Shown: positions 30,029 through 40,277 of the stretch, piece by piece
Layout: each line of letters opens with the position of its first letter
Numbering within the stretch: the first letter of the stretch is position 1
Assembly: GCA_937124615.1 (NCBI GenBank)
Contig: CAKZKR010000043.1
Coordinates: 1,615 to 65,614 of the forward strand
Direction: 5' to 3'
Length of the DNA: 64,000 bases
Source of the DNA: an uncultured bacterium
GTDB taxonomy: Bacteria > Hydrogenedentota > Hydrogenedentia > Hydrogenedentales > Hydrogenedentaceae
Program-made: the position numbers and the translations under genes
The notes under the pieces: model-generated
Told to the model about the DNA's origin: nothing
Database searches by the model: none
What the model saw: only the letters and a program-made list of their open reading frames with translations

Positions 30029-30487
30029 ATGGGCACAAAGTATAAACGAGAGAGGTATATAGATAAAGAAGATTTCCATAAGGTAATAGGATTCCGTTTA
30101 TACAAAAGGAGGAATATTTTCTTTTTCCTATTTTTTCTTTGTACCTGTATGTTCATTTCTTCAGGGCTCCTTCTGAACAAATACAATCTGGAGAGAAAAC
30201 CGATTTACACAGAGGGGATTGTCATTGAGAAAAAAACTGGAAATACTGATAAGAATAGGATATCCTCCCCGGAAACAATTGGTTGCTGGATTACCATTGA
30301 ATTCTCGTTAAGAAACGGGAAGAAAGTTAATAAAACAATTCCACTCGAAAGAGAATTTTGCCCACATATCAACATAGGAGACATTCTCTCTGTGTTATAT
30401 CACTATAATTCCTGGAAAGGCTCTATCGAGATTGCCTCATATAGTCGTTTCCCGATTCAGCAAGGTACCGAGCAAGAGAAAAATTGA
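30029..30487 (+). CDS. hypothetical membrane protein (DUF3592-like OB fold)
   Basis: single TM then EGIVIEK...IGDILSVLY. Confidence 0.6.
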   Translation: MGTKYKRERYIDKEDFHKVIGFRLYKRRNIFFFLFFLCTCMFISSGLLLNKYNLERKPIYTEGIVIEKKTGNTDKNRISSPETIGCWITIEFSLRNGKKVNKTIPLEREFCPHINIGDILSVLYHYNSWKGSIEIASYSRFPIQQGTEQEKN

Positions 30488-30553
30488 CGGCATAAGCGTT
30501 ATAATATAAGAAGTTCAAAAATTCAACAATAAATTTATATATCAGGAAAAAAC

Positions 30554-31045
30554 ATGACGCTAAATCGTGAAGAAATGTACCGCATTTTTTCAGAAACCGT
30601 AATTATTAAGAAACCAAGATATGGAATTATCAAGGGCTATCACGAATTACCTTATATTTGCATTGGTAATGCATTGGAATCGAGTTATGGTTCTTTTTAT
30701 GTCCGTGGTAAAATACATGTCTCTCCTCAATTTGTTATAAAACCGTCTTATTATAAAACAAAATATAGCGACCTTTTTGGTGAAGATAATGTAAATATGG
30801 AGATTGCGGGTCGGATCTTTGGCTTTATTGGTTTTCCTGACAAACCTGTAGAATGCAAATCCGAATTTTTGGAAGTGAAACATTTGGGAGAGAATATTGA
30901 TACCGCGTTGTCTAATAATCTGGATGAACTGGAGCGAAAGGAAGATATAACTACGGGTATTTTCATTACACCGGACAGCCGTTATTATCCTATTTCAATT
31001 GAAAGGTTTATCACTTCAATATTGGACGATGAGTTTTCATTTTAA
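30554..31045 (+). CDS. hypothetical protein
   Basis: 163 aa ORF with AGGA RBS and protein-like composition. Confidence 0.75.
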   Translation: MTLNREEMYRIFSETVIIKKPRYGIIKGYHELPYICIGNALESSYGSFYVRGKIHVSPQFVIKPSYYKTKYSDLFGEDNVNMEIAGRIFGFIGFPDKPVECKSEFLEVKHLGENIDTALSNNLDELERKEDITTGIFITPDSRYYPISIERFITSILDDEFSF

Positions 31046-31057
31046 GGAGGGAATGAT

Positions 31058-31339
31058 ATGAAAAGCGCCTATGAACTTGCTATGGAAAGACTTAACAAAA
31101 TGAATGGGGAAGTCAGAAAATTGTCCCCGGAACAAAAAGAAAAAATTGCAGAAATAAACCGAAAATATGACTCTAAAATCGCAGAGGTCAAAATCTCCTT
31201 TGAATCTAAAATGAATGGTGTTGCCTCATATGAAGAAATGGAGGCTATCAAGACAGACATGAGTAGAGAAATCCAGAAATTAGAAGAGGAAAGACAAAAG
31301 GAAAAGGATAAAATCTGGGAAAAAAATACGGAAGAGTAA
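31058..31339 (+). CDS. small coiled-coil hypothetical protein
   Basis: AAGGAGG RBS; MKSAYELAMERL N-terminus; E/K rich. Confidence 0.8.
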   Translation: MKSAYELAMERLNKMNGEVRKLSPEQKEKIAEINRKYDSKIAEVKISFESKMNGVASYEEMEAIKTDMSREIQKLEEERQKEKDKIWEKNTEE

Positions 31340-31346
31340 AAAAATT

Positions 31347-31820
31347 TTGTTTCAACATCCCGTAAGAAATTATATTATCTTTTTGAGAGAGAATATAAAT
31401 AAACATAAGAATTTACATGGCAAAAGGGTCCATGTGTGCTTGACTTGTGGTACATATTGTGCGTACTATCGTGTAACCTTCTACTGGAGAGAAAGAAGTG
31501 ATTATCTCTCAGATGGTGTTCCTGATGGTTTGTGTGAGGACTTCAATGAATTCCGATGTGTTATGAAAGGGACCAATCAATCCAACCCCCGCTGTGTTGC
31601 ACTATTAGGAACTATTGGGAAACATGTTTTCTGCAAAATCTACTGGCGAAGACCTTCTATATGCCGTGAAATAGTGCCATCTTATAAAAAGGGTTATCCC
31701 GAAATTAAATGGGATAAGGCACGCCTTGCCTACGGATTACCTCCACTCACAGCGGAAACATGGAAATACGGACCTCTAAACGATAACACATCCCCTGATA
31801 CTTATTCCCCTGCTGCATAG
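31347..31820 (+). CDS. YkgJ-family cysteine cluster protein (start uncertain, possibly decaying)
   Basis: CLTCGTYCAYYRVTFYW, MKGTNQSNPRCVAL, CKIY..RPSICRE, AR..YGLPPL. Confidence 0.75.
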   Translation: MFQHPVRNYIIFLRENINKHKNLHGKRVHVCLTCGTYCAYYRVTFYWRERSDYLSDGVPDGLCEDFNEFRCVMKGTNQSNPRCVALLGTIGKHVFCKIYWRRPSICREIVPSYKKGYPEIKWDKARLAYGLPPLTAETWKYGPLNDNTSPDTYSPAA

Positions 31821-31830
31821 TTGTATTCAT

Positions 31831-33117
31831 TTACAGTTTAATCACTTTATCTTTAAGATGGGGTTCTATATTTTTAGTGGCGTTTCGAGTGTCCAAAACA
31901 AGTTGGGAATTAGTAATTATCTCCTCATAATCATAAACAGAATGGTCCGTAATGATAGCCACAAGATCAAAATGAGATAACCCTTCTGTTATCGGATAAC
32001 AATGGAATATCCTTTCTTCTACTTCCAACTGCTGAATATATGGGTCGGAAAAGTATACCTCCGCCCCTTTTTTCATCAGAATTAAAATAATATCCAACGC
32101 AGGAGATTCTCGAAGGTCTGAAATATCCTTCTTATATGTAACTCCTAATAATAATATTTTACTACCCTGAATACTTTTTTTCTTTTCATTCAGTACATCC
32201 GCCATTTTTTCTACAACAAATCTTGGCATAGAAGAATTAATTGTTCGGGCTAATTCAATAAATCGCGCGGTATAATTAAGCGTTTTCATCTTCCACGAAA
32301 GATAAACAGGGTCCACAGGGATACAATGACCCCCCAATCCGGGGCCGGGATAAAAAGGCATAAAACCAAAAGGCTTCGTTTTAGCGGAATCAATTACCTC
32401 CCAGATGTCTATACTTAAGGCATCGCACATCATAGCCATTTCATTGACAAGCGCGATATTTACAGCACGAAAAGTATTCTCTAATAGTTTCACCATTTCC
32501 GCCGTCCGAGCATTAGAAACAGAAATTACCTCTGAGACAACCTTCCTGTAAAGTTCTTCTGCTTTCCGGGTACACGCAGGAGTAATTCCTCCAACAATTT
32601 TCGGGGTATTCCGGATATTAAACTGTTTGTTTCCGGGATCATTGCGTTCAGGAGAAAAAGCCAGAAAAAAATCCTCTCCTACATGCAAATCCGCTTTTGA
32701 CAAACGGGGTAATACTACTTCTTCTGTAGTTCCTGGATAAGTGGTACTTTCAAGAACAACCAGCATCCCTTTATGGAGATAAGGTTCAATTGCATCAACA
32801 GCCTGAATAATAAAGGAAAGATCCGGTTCCTGAATCTTATTTAAAGGGGTAGGAACACAAATACAGACTGCATCGATTTGTTTCAGAACATTATACTGGT
32901 CTGTTACATAAAATCGGTTTGTTAATAGTGCTTGTTCCACCGACTTTGATGAAACATCATCAATGTAGGACATCCCCGATTTTAATTTATGAATTCTCTT
33001 TTCATCGGTATCAATACCCCATACCTCCAAACCACTGTTATGAAACTCTAATGCGAGGGGAAGACCTACATATCCCAAACCTAAAACGCCTACTTTTTTT
33101 ATTGAACCTGTTTCCAT
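31831..33117 (-). CDS. UDP-N-acetyl-D-glucosamine 6-dehydrogenase (WbpA/WecC family)
   Basis: GLGYVGLP, CVPTP, ESTTYPGTT, KLLENTFRAVNIA, GGHCIPVDP, DLRESP. Confidence 0.9.
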   Translation of the reverse strand: METGSIKKVGVLGLGYVGLPLALEFHNSGLEVWGIDTDEKRIHKLKSGMSYIDDVSSKSVEQALLTNRFYVTDQYNVLKQIDAVCICVPTPLNKIQEPDLSFIIQAVDAIEPYLHKGMLVVLESTTYPGTTEEVVLPRLSKADLHVGEDFFLAFSPERNDPGNKQFNIRNTPKIVGGITPACTRKAEELYRKVVSEVISVSNARTAEMVKLLENTFRAVNIALVNEMAMMCDALSIDIWEVIDSAKTKPFGFMPFYPGPGLGGHCIPVDPVYLSWKMKTLNYTARFIELARTINSSMPRFVVEKMADVLNEKKKSIQGSKILLLGVTYKKDISDLRESPALDIILILMKKGAEVYFSDPYIQQLEVEERIFHCYPITEGLSHFDLVAIITDHSVYDYEEIITNSQLVLDTRNATKNIEPHLKDKVIKL

Positions 33118-33137
33118 AAATCCATCCTCAATAATTC

Positions 33138-33944
33138 TTACTCTTTTTTTCTTTCATCATATATAATTTTGTCCCGCATTCCCAACATGCCTGCCTGACA
33201 AAGGGAGAAATCATACCGTAACGGGTCATCCGGATTTATATGGCGAAAAACCTCTGTTAAGTATATTGCCGTTTTGGCGTTGAGAGAACACGGGGAAATA
33301 AGCCGAAGGGCAACAGCCCACTGATAAACATGTGTATCCAGCGGGACAATTAATTGTTCCTGTTTCAAAAATTTCCAACAACCAACATCAATTTCGTCCT
33401 TCCGAACCATCCAGCGGAGATACAGCCAAACCCTTTTACAGGCACCACCCTTTTTGGGTATTGGGAGCAAAAAATTCAGGGAACAATCTGCAGACTTGCG
33501 CAATTCGTCGGTAAAATTATCTATTGTATGCCATAGATTTCCCGAACTCTTTTTATAATGTTTATAAAAACAACTACCTATACTTCTATGTTCTTCTATT
33601 ATCCTCCGGATTCCATATAAGAGATGGGCCATTACTATCCCACTCACAAATCGATGTCGAAAATCTATAAGTGTAGATACAAAATCGTTGCGAGACCAAT
33701 TCATCAGTTCTTTCGATGGGAAACGCCACAATGACAGGATCCAGGCTATTTTATTATTAAAGGCCTTTGCATTTCCAAACGCAAGCAGTGCAGAGATTAG
33801 CCCAACCACCTCTTTATCGCCCTTATCAGGGAAAGAATAAAGCCAGTGAACGGGGTCATTTACAGTATATTTTCTATGATGATATTCCGCATACACCTTC
33901 TCAAAAATTTGTTGAGCGGTCTTAATTTTCTCTTTTGCTATCAT
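33138..33944 (-). CDS. TIGR02757/DUF2400 family protein
   Basis: NDPV, ALLAFGN, ACKR..LYLRWMVRKDEIDVG.W, VPLDTHV, DPLRYDFSL. Confidence 0.85.
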   Translation of the reverse strand: MIAKEKIKTAQQIFEKVYAEYHHRKYTVNDPVHWLYSFPDKGDKEVVGLISALLAFGNAKAFNNKIAWILSLWRFPSKELMNWSRNDFVSTLIDFRHRFVSGIVMAHLLYGIRRIIEEHRSIGSCFYKHYKKSSGNLWHTIDNFTDELRKSADCSLNFLLPIPKKGGACKRVWLYLRWMVRKDEIDVGCWKFLKQEQLIVPLDTHVYQWAVALRLISPCSLNAKTAIYLTEVFRHINPDDPLRYDFSLCQAGMLGMRDKIIYDERKKE

Positions 33945-34027
33945 GGTAATAGTGATACTAATATATTCCTATGATATGATAAATACAAATACTTCTCAGA
34001 TATCCCAACTGAACAGGAGAACTCATT

Positions 34028-34609
34028 ATGGCACTTTCGAGCAGTTTAGGGCAACACATTGCACGACTTCGTGAGGGAAAAGGGATTACGCGCGAAGAAT
34101 TAGCAAAACGGAGCAAATGTAAAACGGAGATTATCGAAGCATTAGAGGAAGGAAGATTATCCCCTTCTTTAGCCCCCCTTCTTCAAATAGCCCGTGGGCT
34201 GGGTGTCCATCTGGGAACTTTATTGGATGATAAACCGCATGCGGGACCTGCTATAGTCCGTAGCAATGATAAAGAAAGTCCTATCGTTCGTTTTTCCGGA
34301 ATACGAGTAGCCTCTGATTCCAGTACTCTGGAATTCCATCCATTAGCATATAACAAAGCCAGCAGACACATGGAACCCTTTCTGATTGACATCCATCCCA
34401 CCGTCTCTGAAGATTGCATGTTCTCGGTGCACGAAGGTGAAGAGTTTATTTTCGTCCTTGAAGGGAAAATACAGGTTTCGTATGGTTCCGATATATATAT
34501 ATTATCTCCGGGCGATAGTATCTACTACGACTCTACCACACCCCATGAAGTTCGCTCCGCCAACGACGAAAACGCCCGAATTTTAGCAGTAATCTACACT
34601 CCTGAATAA
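34028..34609 (+). CDS. XRE-family HTH regulator with cupin domain
   Basis: N-terminal HTH; RHMEPF, HEGEEFIFVLEG, GDSIYYDSTTPH. Confidence 0.92.
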   Translation: MALSSSLGQHIARLREGKGITREELAKRSKCKTEIIEALEEGRLSPSLAPLLQIARGLGVHLGTLLDDKPHAGPAIVRSNDKESPIVRFSGIRVASDSSTLEFHPLAYNKASRHMEPFLIDIHPTVSEDCMFSVHEGEEFIFVLEGKIQVSYGSDIYILSPGDSIYYDSTTPHEVRSANDENARILAVIYTPE

Positions 34610-34794
34610 AAATATTCCATTAATAAATAGTCTTTGCATTGTGAGGTTTAGTGGAGATGTAGAATTGTACCTTACCCCTTTTATTTCTTACCCGAACTCC
34701 TTTCTTCTTATTAAAATTCCTCACATTAAAATTAATATAACCAGAATGTTTCTTTTATACCGGCCCCGATAATATTTTTCATTTCTGGCTCTAC

Positions 34795-35630
34795 TCAAAC
34801 AAAACCAGAAGTCTTCCCGGCCCTTTCCTCAATATCTATCTCTATCTCCCATGCATAGTAATAATTTGCCCCTTTGGAAAATTCTCGGATTTGCTCTACA
34901 GAAAAAATATTGAAGTCGGGAGCGATTACTAATCTGATTTCTTTGTCGGTTATTGTAGAAACATGTCCCTTAAAGTAATCCTCTGTTGATATCCATTTCT
35001 GAACAGATTCTCTAACACTTATTAATTCCTCTTCATTCAATCTATTCTCTCTTGGCTTCTTATTTATCGGAACATAAACTGGTTTATATGAAAAACTTTG
35101 TATTGCTCCATCACTCCTGGATAATAAGCAATAAAAACCAGAACCCCTACATGGAATCTTATCTATTTCTAAATTGGGAGAGCGGACAAGATAGTTTTCA
35201 CCATCTATTTTAATCGTATAGAAAGACATATCCCAGGAAGTTTATAAAATTGTAACAATTTCTTTATCCTATCAAAAGATTCCAACTCTGTGATACTCTT
35301 TCCATTCTTTTCTTGAACCCTCTTTTTCCCTATATTTGAATTTTTAAAATCATACACTTCCTTACCATTTTTATCTACGACCATCTTTATACCATCAACC
35401 GTTACCATGTAATACGCCTTTGGCCCAAAAATCCTTTTTACAATAACATCTATATTCTTTAAAGAAATTTCTACCTTATTATCTAATACTATCCCTAAGT
35501 ACTCATTAAGGAAAATTCTTATATTTCCCTTTACCTCTTCATGCGATAAAATTTCTTCTGTAGCATTGATATTGATATTGAGAACAAATAAAATAAAAAA
35601 TAGATATGAGATTATTCTTGCATTATACAT
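34795..35630 (-). pseudogene. frameshifted secreted hypothetical protein (two overlapping ORFs)
   Basis: ORF 35205-35630 has a signal peptide and overlaps ORF 34795-35229 in another frame; adding one base near 35235 gives ...YKLPWDMSFYTIK... Confidence 0.55.
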
Positions 35631-35653
35631 ACAGAATCCCCCTTTTACTTATT

Positions 35654-36505
35654 TTATCCAACTTCTATTACTATTTCTCTCGCTAAATCTATTATTATAT
35701 AGAGTCTACTCCTGTCAGTACCTAACACCTCATTTTTACTAAACATACCTCTATGAAAATATATAATCAAAAAACCATTTATGTTGCAACCGCTCATCAT
35801 AAAAACCAAATATATCAATGCTACCTCCCGACATATTCGGTGGAAAAGAATATTCTGGCGTTGGTTGTAAACTAATTGGACATTCTCCTTCATTTTTGAC
35901 CCATAACAAAAACGCTAAATTCGGAGCAGGGTTCATAAAAAACATAAACCTATTTACTCCCCCACTCTCTGCCCAGTCATACGGGAAAACCGGTAAACAG
36001 GTCCCTACTCCACCATAACACCGATTACAACATATTGTGCCCGACCAACTCGCTCCACCAAAAGTCGAAGGGGAAATGTCTACTCTATATACAGGGACCT
36101 CTCCCGGCTCCCTTATACCCGCAGGAGAAAATGTAGCCATAACAACCTCGCCTCGGGTATAGTCAGACTGATCCGTATCCAAAGAAATGCTCCCGGTGGG
36201 AATACCATCGTAGTTATTGTCCTCTGATTGTTTCCACACTCGCATACTTTGGATAATGCATAACAAAATAATTGATACGGCCCTAATAGCGGTTCAATAT
36301 ACCTCGTGTCATCCAGAGGAGCCTCATGAAATATTTGTATGATTCGTCAAACTCCTTCTACAGCATTCCCTGTAGTTATCTCTGTGTAAGCAATTTGTTC
36401 TTCCGTTTTTACCTTCTGTAAAAACTCCCCATCCAAACCATACGAAATATCAGAAACAGTAATTAATACTGTTGCAAAAAATAGATACAATCTTCTCACT
36501 TTCAT
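35654..36505 (-). pseudogene. disrupted secreted hypothetical protein
   Basis: AGGAG RBS, ATG 36505 and signal peptide MKVRRLYLFFATVLITVSD; in-frame TGA after codon 52; coding-like sequence continues in other frames (35751-36266, 35654-35893). Confidence 0.55.
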
Positions 36506-36668
36506 ACCTCTTTCTCCTCTTTTAAATTCTTTATTAAATTGTTGTCCTTACTACTTTCTCTACTGTCCAAACATCCTAATCACATTATTATAAAAAAAGC
36601 TTTTGTCAAGTTTTTTAAACAAGCTTTTTAAAAGAAATTTTTATACTTAAAATAAAGATAAAGATATT

Positions 36669-37709
36669 TTATCTCGTATTATGTGTATTGAGGGATTTGG
36701 GTAGGGTATAGGATAACTTTAATACCAATAACTCTAAAGCAGTCCGCTCATCCATTCCTGTCTCACGCATCGAATAGGTGGTCTCGTTGCAAAGATTCAT
36801 CGCAGACACTAATTTCTTGACACCAAATCGCTTTGCAAGAGGGGCTACTTTTTTCGCTACAAAAGAACTCCGCGGCTTCTCTTCCGAAATCTCCGTCGTC
36901 TTATACGCATTTTCCAGAAGCCAATGCAGCACTCCTACTATCTCAGGCGGTTCTTTCCCTTGTCTTAATAAATCATTAAGGATTAACCACGACCCTTTCA
37001 TATTCCCAAGGGCTATCGCATCCGTCAAACTCCAGATGGATTCCTCTGCAACATCTGCACAGGATTCCAGCACATCTTTTATCGTTATCGCCTCTTTATC
37101 TCCTACAAAACCAAGTAATAAAGTCAATGCATTCTGTACATCACTCAATTTTGTCCCACATCTTGCAACAAATTCTTCCAGGGCTTCCGGAGAAATTCGC
37201 TTCTTCTTATTACTTAAATACCCCCGTATCCATTCCTTCAATTCATTAGCATTCAGAGCCGGACATTCTATAATCCCTTTTCTTGCTTCAAATGCTTTAA
37301 AGAGAGGTTTTCGAGCATCTGTTGTCTCCGCGAGACAAATCAATAAAGTTGTATCTAACGGATTTTGAAGATAATCCAGCATAGGGCGTATCTCTTTGGA
37401 TTCACTTTTCTCACTGCGGTCTAACAATTCGAATTTTCGTACAACTACCACTTTTCGGGGAGAAAAAAAAGGGGGAGTCGAACATTCCATTACCACTTCG
37501 TCCAACTGAGTCTCGTCCCCATAAAAAGTACGCATCCCTATAGATTCTGTCCTCTCTGGAAGAAAGTCTTTTATCAACTTTTCTATCATTTCCTCTGCAA
37601 GAACAGGTTCAAAACTTTCTTTACTCCCTGTACCAGAAGGACAGAATAGCAAACAGTTGGTAGGCAAACCTTTCGTTAAATATTTCTCTTGAAACTGTTT
37701 TATGTCCAT
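36669..37709 (-). CDS. holA: DNA polymerase III delta subunit
   Basis: TPPFFSPRKVVVV, DYLQNP, C-terminal LELLVLKL; typical lptE-holA context. Confidence 0.88.
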   Translation of the reverse strand: MDIKQFQEKYLTKGLPTNCLLFCPSGTGSKESFEPVLAEEMIEKLIKDFLPERTESIGMRTFYGDETQLDEVVMECSTPPFFSPRKVVVVRKFELLDRSEKSESKEIRPMLDYLQNPLDTTLLICLAETTDARKPLFKAFEARKGIIECPALNANELKEWIRGYLSNKKKRISPEALEEFVARCGTKLSDVQNALTLLLGFVGDKEAITIKDVLESCADVAEESIWSLTDAIALGNMKGSWLILNDLLRQGKEPPEIVGVLHWLLENAYKTTEISEEKPRSSFVAKKVAPLAKRFGVKKLVSAMNLCNETTYSMRETGMDERTALELLVLKLSYTLPKSLNTHNTR

Positions 37710-37746
37710 ATAAGAAAATCGTTAGAGGGAAATATTATTTCTTAAA

Positions 37747-38346
37747 TTACCACGGTTCAATGGTGCGATAGAAAATATCCGAAGCCAGTTGTTCTAACGC
37801 TTCTGAAACGGCTCTATTCTCCTCATCACTGGCAAAAGAACGAACCGGGACTAAAAAGGTTTCTATATTACCACGAAGTCTATCAGAAGATTGCCCCGCA
37901 GCACGGGTAAAATATGAACTTTCCCCTACCATCATCGGTTCTTGCCAGAGCACCTTCCCCGTTTGTTGGTCAATTACACGAACACCCGCAGTAACTACAA
38001 TAAGAAATTGTGTCGTCTCATCTTTAACATCATAAGTCAGCCCTTTCCGTTTATAGTCTAATACAACACCCTCGATGAGTAAATCGGCTTCACCCGGTTT
38101 TACTACTTTCAAACGGCCATCATTAATAAATTTCCGTATAAGGGCATTGGTCAACGGTGCTTGAAAATCGTATTCTGATGATTTGTTATAAAAACCGGAC
38201 ACCGCGACCGTTTGATAACGCGGGTCTAATGAGACCTTCGTCGTATAAGCACAACCTATATCTAACAAGGACGCAAAGGGAAAAAGAGTCATCAGCAAGG
38301 CACAATATTGGACAACCTTTTTCCAATTCTTTTTTGAAGACTTCAT
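37747..38346 (-). CDS. lptE: LPS assembly lipoprotein LptE-like
   Basis: Cys lipobox region, ADLLIEG, GKVLW, ALEQLASDI, ends in W; between bamD and holA. Confidence 0.75.
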   Translation of the reverse strand: MKSSKKNWKKVVQYCALLMTLFPFASLLDIGCAYTTKVSLDPRYQTVAVSGFYNKSSEYDFQAPLTNALIRKFINDGRLKVVKPGEADLLIEGVVLDYKRKGLTYDVKDETTQFLIVVTAGVRVIDQQTGKVLWQEPMMVGESSYFTRAAGQSSDRLRGNIETFLVPVRSFASDEENRAVSEALEQLASDIFYRTIEPW

Positions 38347-39335
38347 TTTTTACCTGTCTCCTGTTCAAATTGAGTCCGTAATTCACTCATTTTTACAGGG
38401 TTTTCTTCCAGCCACTTATTTGCTTTTTCTACTGATGGGGTATCACTATACTGATTGGCTATCAATTGATAATAAATACGCGCTGAATCAAACTTTCTCT
38501 GCTTTTCATAATAACGAGCCACAATCAATTTTTGTTCTGCTATATTTTCACGCATTTTTTGACGCCACTCTTTGATTTCTTCAATACGGCTATCACCAGG
38601 GAAATTTCTTAAAAACTCATCAATGGCTTCTATTGCTAATTCCGCTCGACTCTGGTCATATTCAGGAGGCAAAGAGGATTCATAATAGCAACGGGCTAAT
38701 CCATAGCGTGCATCATCAACCCAATCGGATTGTGGATAATTCTCTATTACCCTCCGATATTCATATCCCGCCTCGATATACTCTTTTCGGGCATGATGAC
38801 AAAGCCCAATCTTATACTGGGCTTCTGCAGAACGAGGCATAAAGGGTTGATTCGTAACAACCATTCCGTATACCTCTATCGCATGCTTCATCGGTTTCCC
38901 TCTGAAAAATGACAGGAACTTACTTCTCTTTTGTATCCCTTTCTCATACAACTTATCACCAATTTCAAATTGCTTATGGATGGCTTGTTCATACAGATTG
39001 GAATTAGGATAACCTGAAACCAATTTCTGGAATTCCTTTGCGGATTCCAGCCATTTACCCATAGCCATTTTAATCTCGCCCCTCAAAAACAAATTCTGAT
39101 CTGCTAACGGGTCTTGCCCATAAAAGTCAAAAAACTTTTCTGTTTCTTTTAGAGCCCTTTTATATTCCCCTTGTAAATACAAACTCCGTGCATATTCAAT
39201 TTGCAATTCCGCTGTTTCTTTGGGCATTCGCTTTACATTGATAAATCGGCCTGTTTGCGGGGTCCATGTCCACTGAGCATAACTATCCCCCACTACCAAT
39301 AAACTCACAAAAACAAGAATAAAATACCTTTTCAT
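38343..39335 (-). CDS. bamD: outer membrane protein assembly factor BamD-like TPR protein
   Basis: TPRs, YDQS..ELAI...FLRNFP, IVARYYEK, SARIYY. Confidence 0.78.
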   Translation of the reverse strand: MKRYFILVFVSLLVVGDSYAQWTWTPQTGRFINVKRMPKETAELQIEYARSLYLQGEYKRALKETEKFFDFYGQDPLADQNLFLRGEIKMAMGKWLESAKEFQKLVSGYPNSNLYEQAIHKQFEIGDKLYEKGIQKRSKFLSFFRGKPMKHAIEVYGMVVTNQPFMPRSAEAQYKIGLCHHARKEYIEAGYEYRRVIENYPQSDWVDDARYGLARCYYESSLPPEYDQSRAELAIEAIDEFLRNFPGDSRIEEIKEWRQKMRENIAEQKLIVARYYEKQRKFDSARIYYQLIANQYSDTPSVEKANKWLEENPVKMSELRTQFEQETGKK

Positions 39336-39558
39336 ATTATATCTCCATATTCTAATTTATTTAGCAACTTTTATCCGCCCAAATCTTCATTTTACATTTT
39401 TATCTTAAAAGCCCGTAATCGAATATAATAATACCACAAGTAAACAAAAATTTAAAAACTTATATGCCTCTTTTATTGTAAAATGTTTTGGTAACAGATA
39501 AAATACTAATACTTGTATAAAACTATTTACAAATTATAAACCTTCAAAAAAATAAAAT

Positions 39559-40266
39559 ATGAAAAAGCCAGAATTAAATTTACAAACAACTACACTCTGG
39601 GATTATCCCTCACAACATTACGGCGATTACATGCAGGGAGACCAGAATTATAATGGAGCCACACCTTCGTATATTATCTGGAATCTACTTCAGCGATACA
39701 CTCGCGAAAGGGACCTTATTATTGACCCCATGTGTGGAAGCGGAACAACGATAGATGTGTGCAAGGACCTTAATCGCAGAGTAATCGGCTTTGATTTAAG
39801 CCCTTACCGAAATGACATTATCCCTGCGGACGCTCGAAATTTACCTATACGAAACGAATGCATCGATTTTGTTTTTGTGGACCCTCCATATGGAACGCAT
39901 ATTCATTATTCAGACGACCCTCGATGTATTGGTCAATTAAGTGCAAATGACGAAAATTATTACAAATCCATGGAACAATGTATTCAGGAAATTTACCGCG
40001 TCCTGAAACCTCAGCGTTATATGGCTCTATATTGCTGTGATTCCTTTCAAAAAAAGAAACCGTTTGCTCCCATTGGCTTCCGTCTATTTTCAATCCTGGA
40101 ACGATGGTTCACACCTATTGACATTATTTCCGTCGTCAGACACAACCGTACACTACTACGGAGACATTACCACACAGAAGCCATCCGAGGAAATTATTTT
40201 CTCCGCGGGTTCAACTATTTGTTTATAATGAAGAAAGAATTAAGAAAAGGAAAAACTAAAAAATAA
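39559..40266 (+). CDS. orphan amino (N4-C/N6-A) methyltransferase
   Basis: IDPMCGSGTT SAM motif and VDPPY catalytic motif; no nuclease adjacent. Confidence 0.8.
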   Translation: MKKPELNLQTTTLWDYPSQHYGDYMQGDQNYNGATPSYIIWNLLQRYTRERDLIIDPMCGSGTTIDVCKDLNRRVIGFDLSPYRNDIIPADARNLPIRNECIDFVFVDPPYGTHIHYSDDPRCIGQLSANDENYYKSMEQCIQEIYRVLKPQRYMALYCCDSFQKKKPFAPIGFRLFSILERWFTPIDIISVVRHNRTLLRRHYHTEAIRGNYFLRGFNYLFIMKKELRKGKTKK

Positions 40267-40277
40267 AGGAAAACAAA

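Noticed and set aside
34640..34725. TGTGAGG...CCTCACA inverted repeat as a MITE or structured RNA
   Set aside because: only about 7 bp of perfect match, no clear target duplication and no second copy seen
36347..36349. in-frame TGA (36347-36349, - strand) as selenocysteine or genetic-code reassignment
   Set aside because: further frameshifts follow, there is no redox motif, and TGA is used as a normal stop elsewhere in the window
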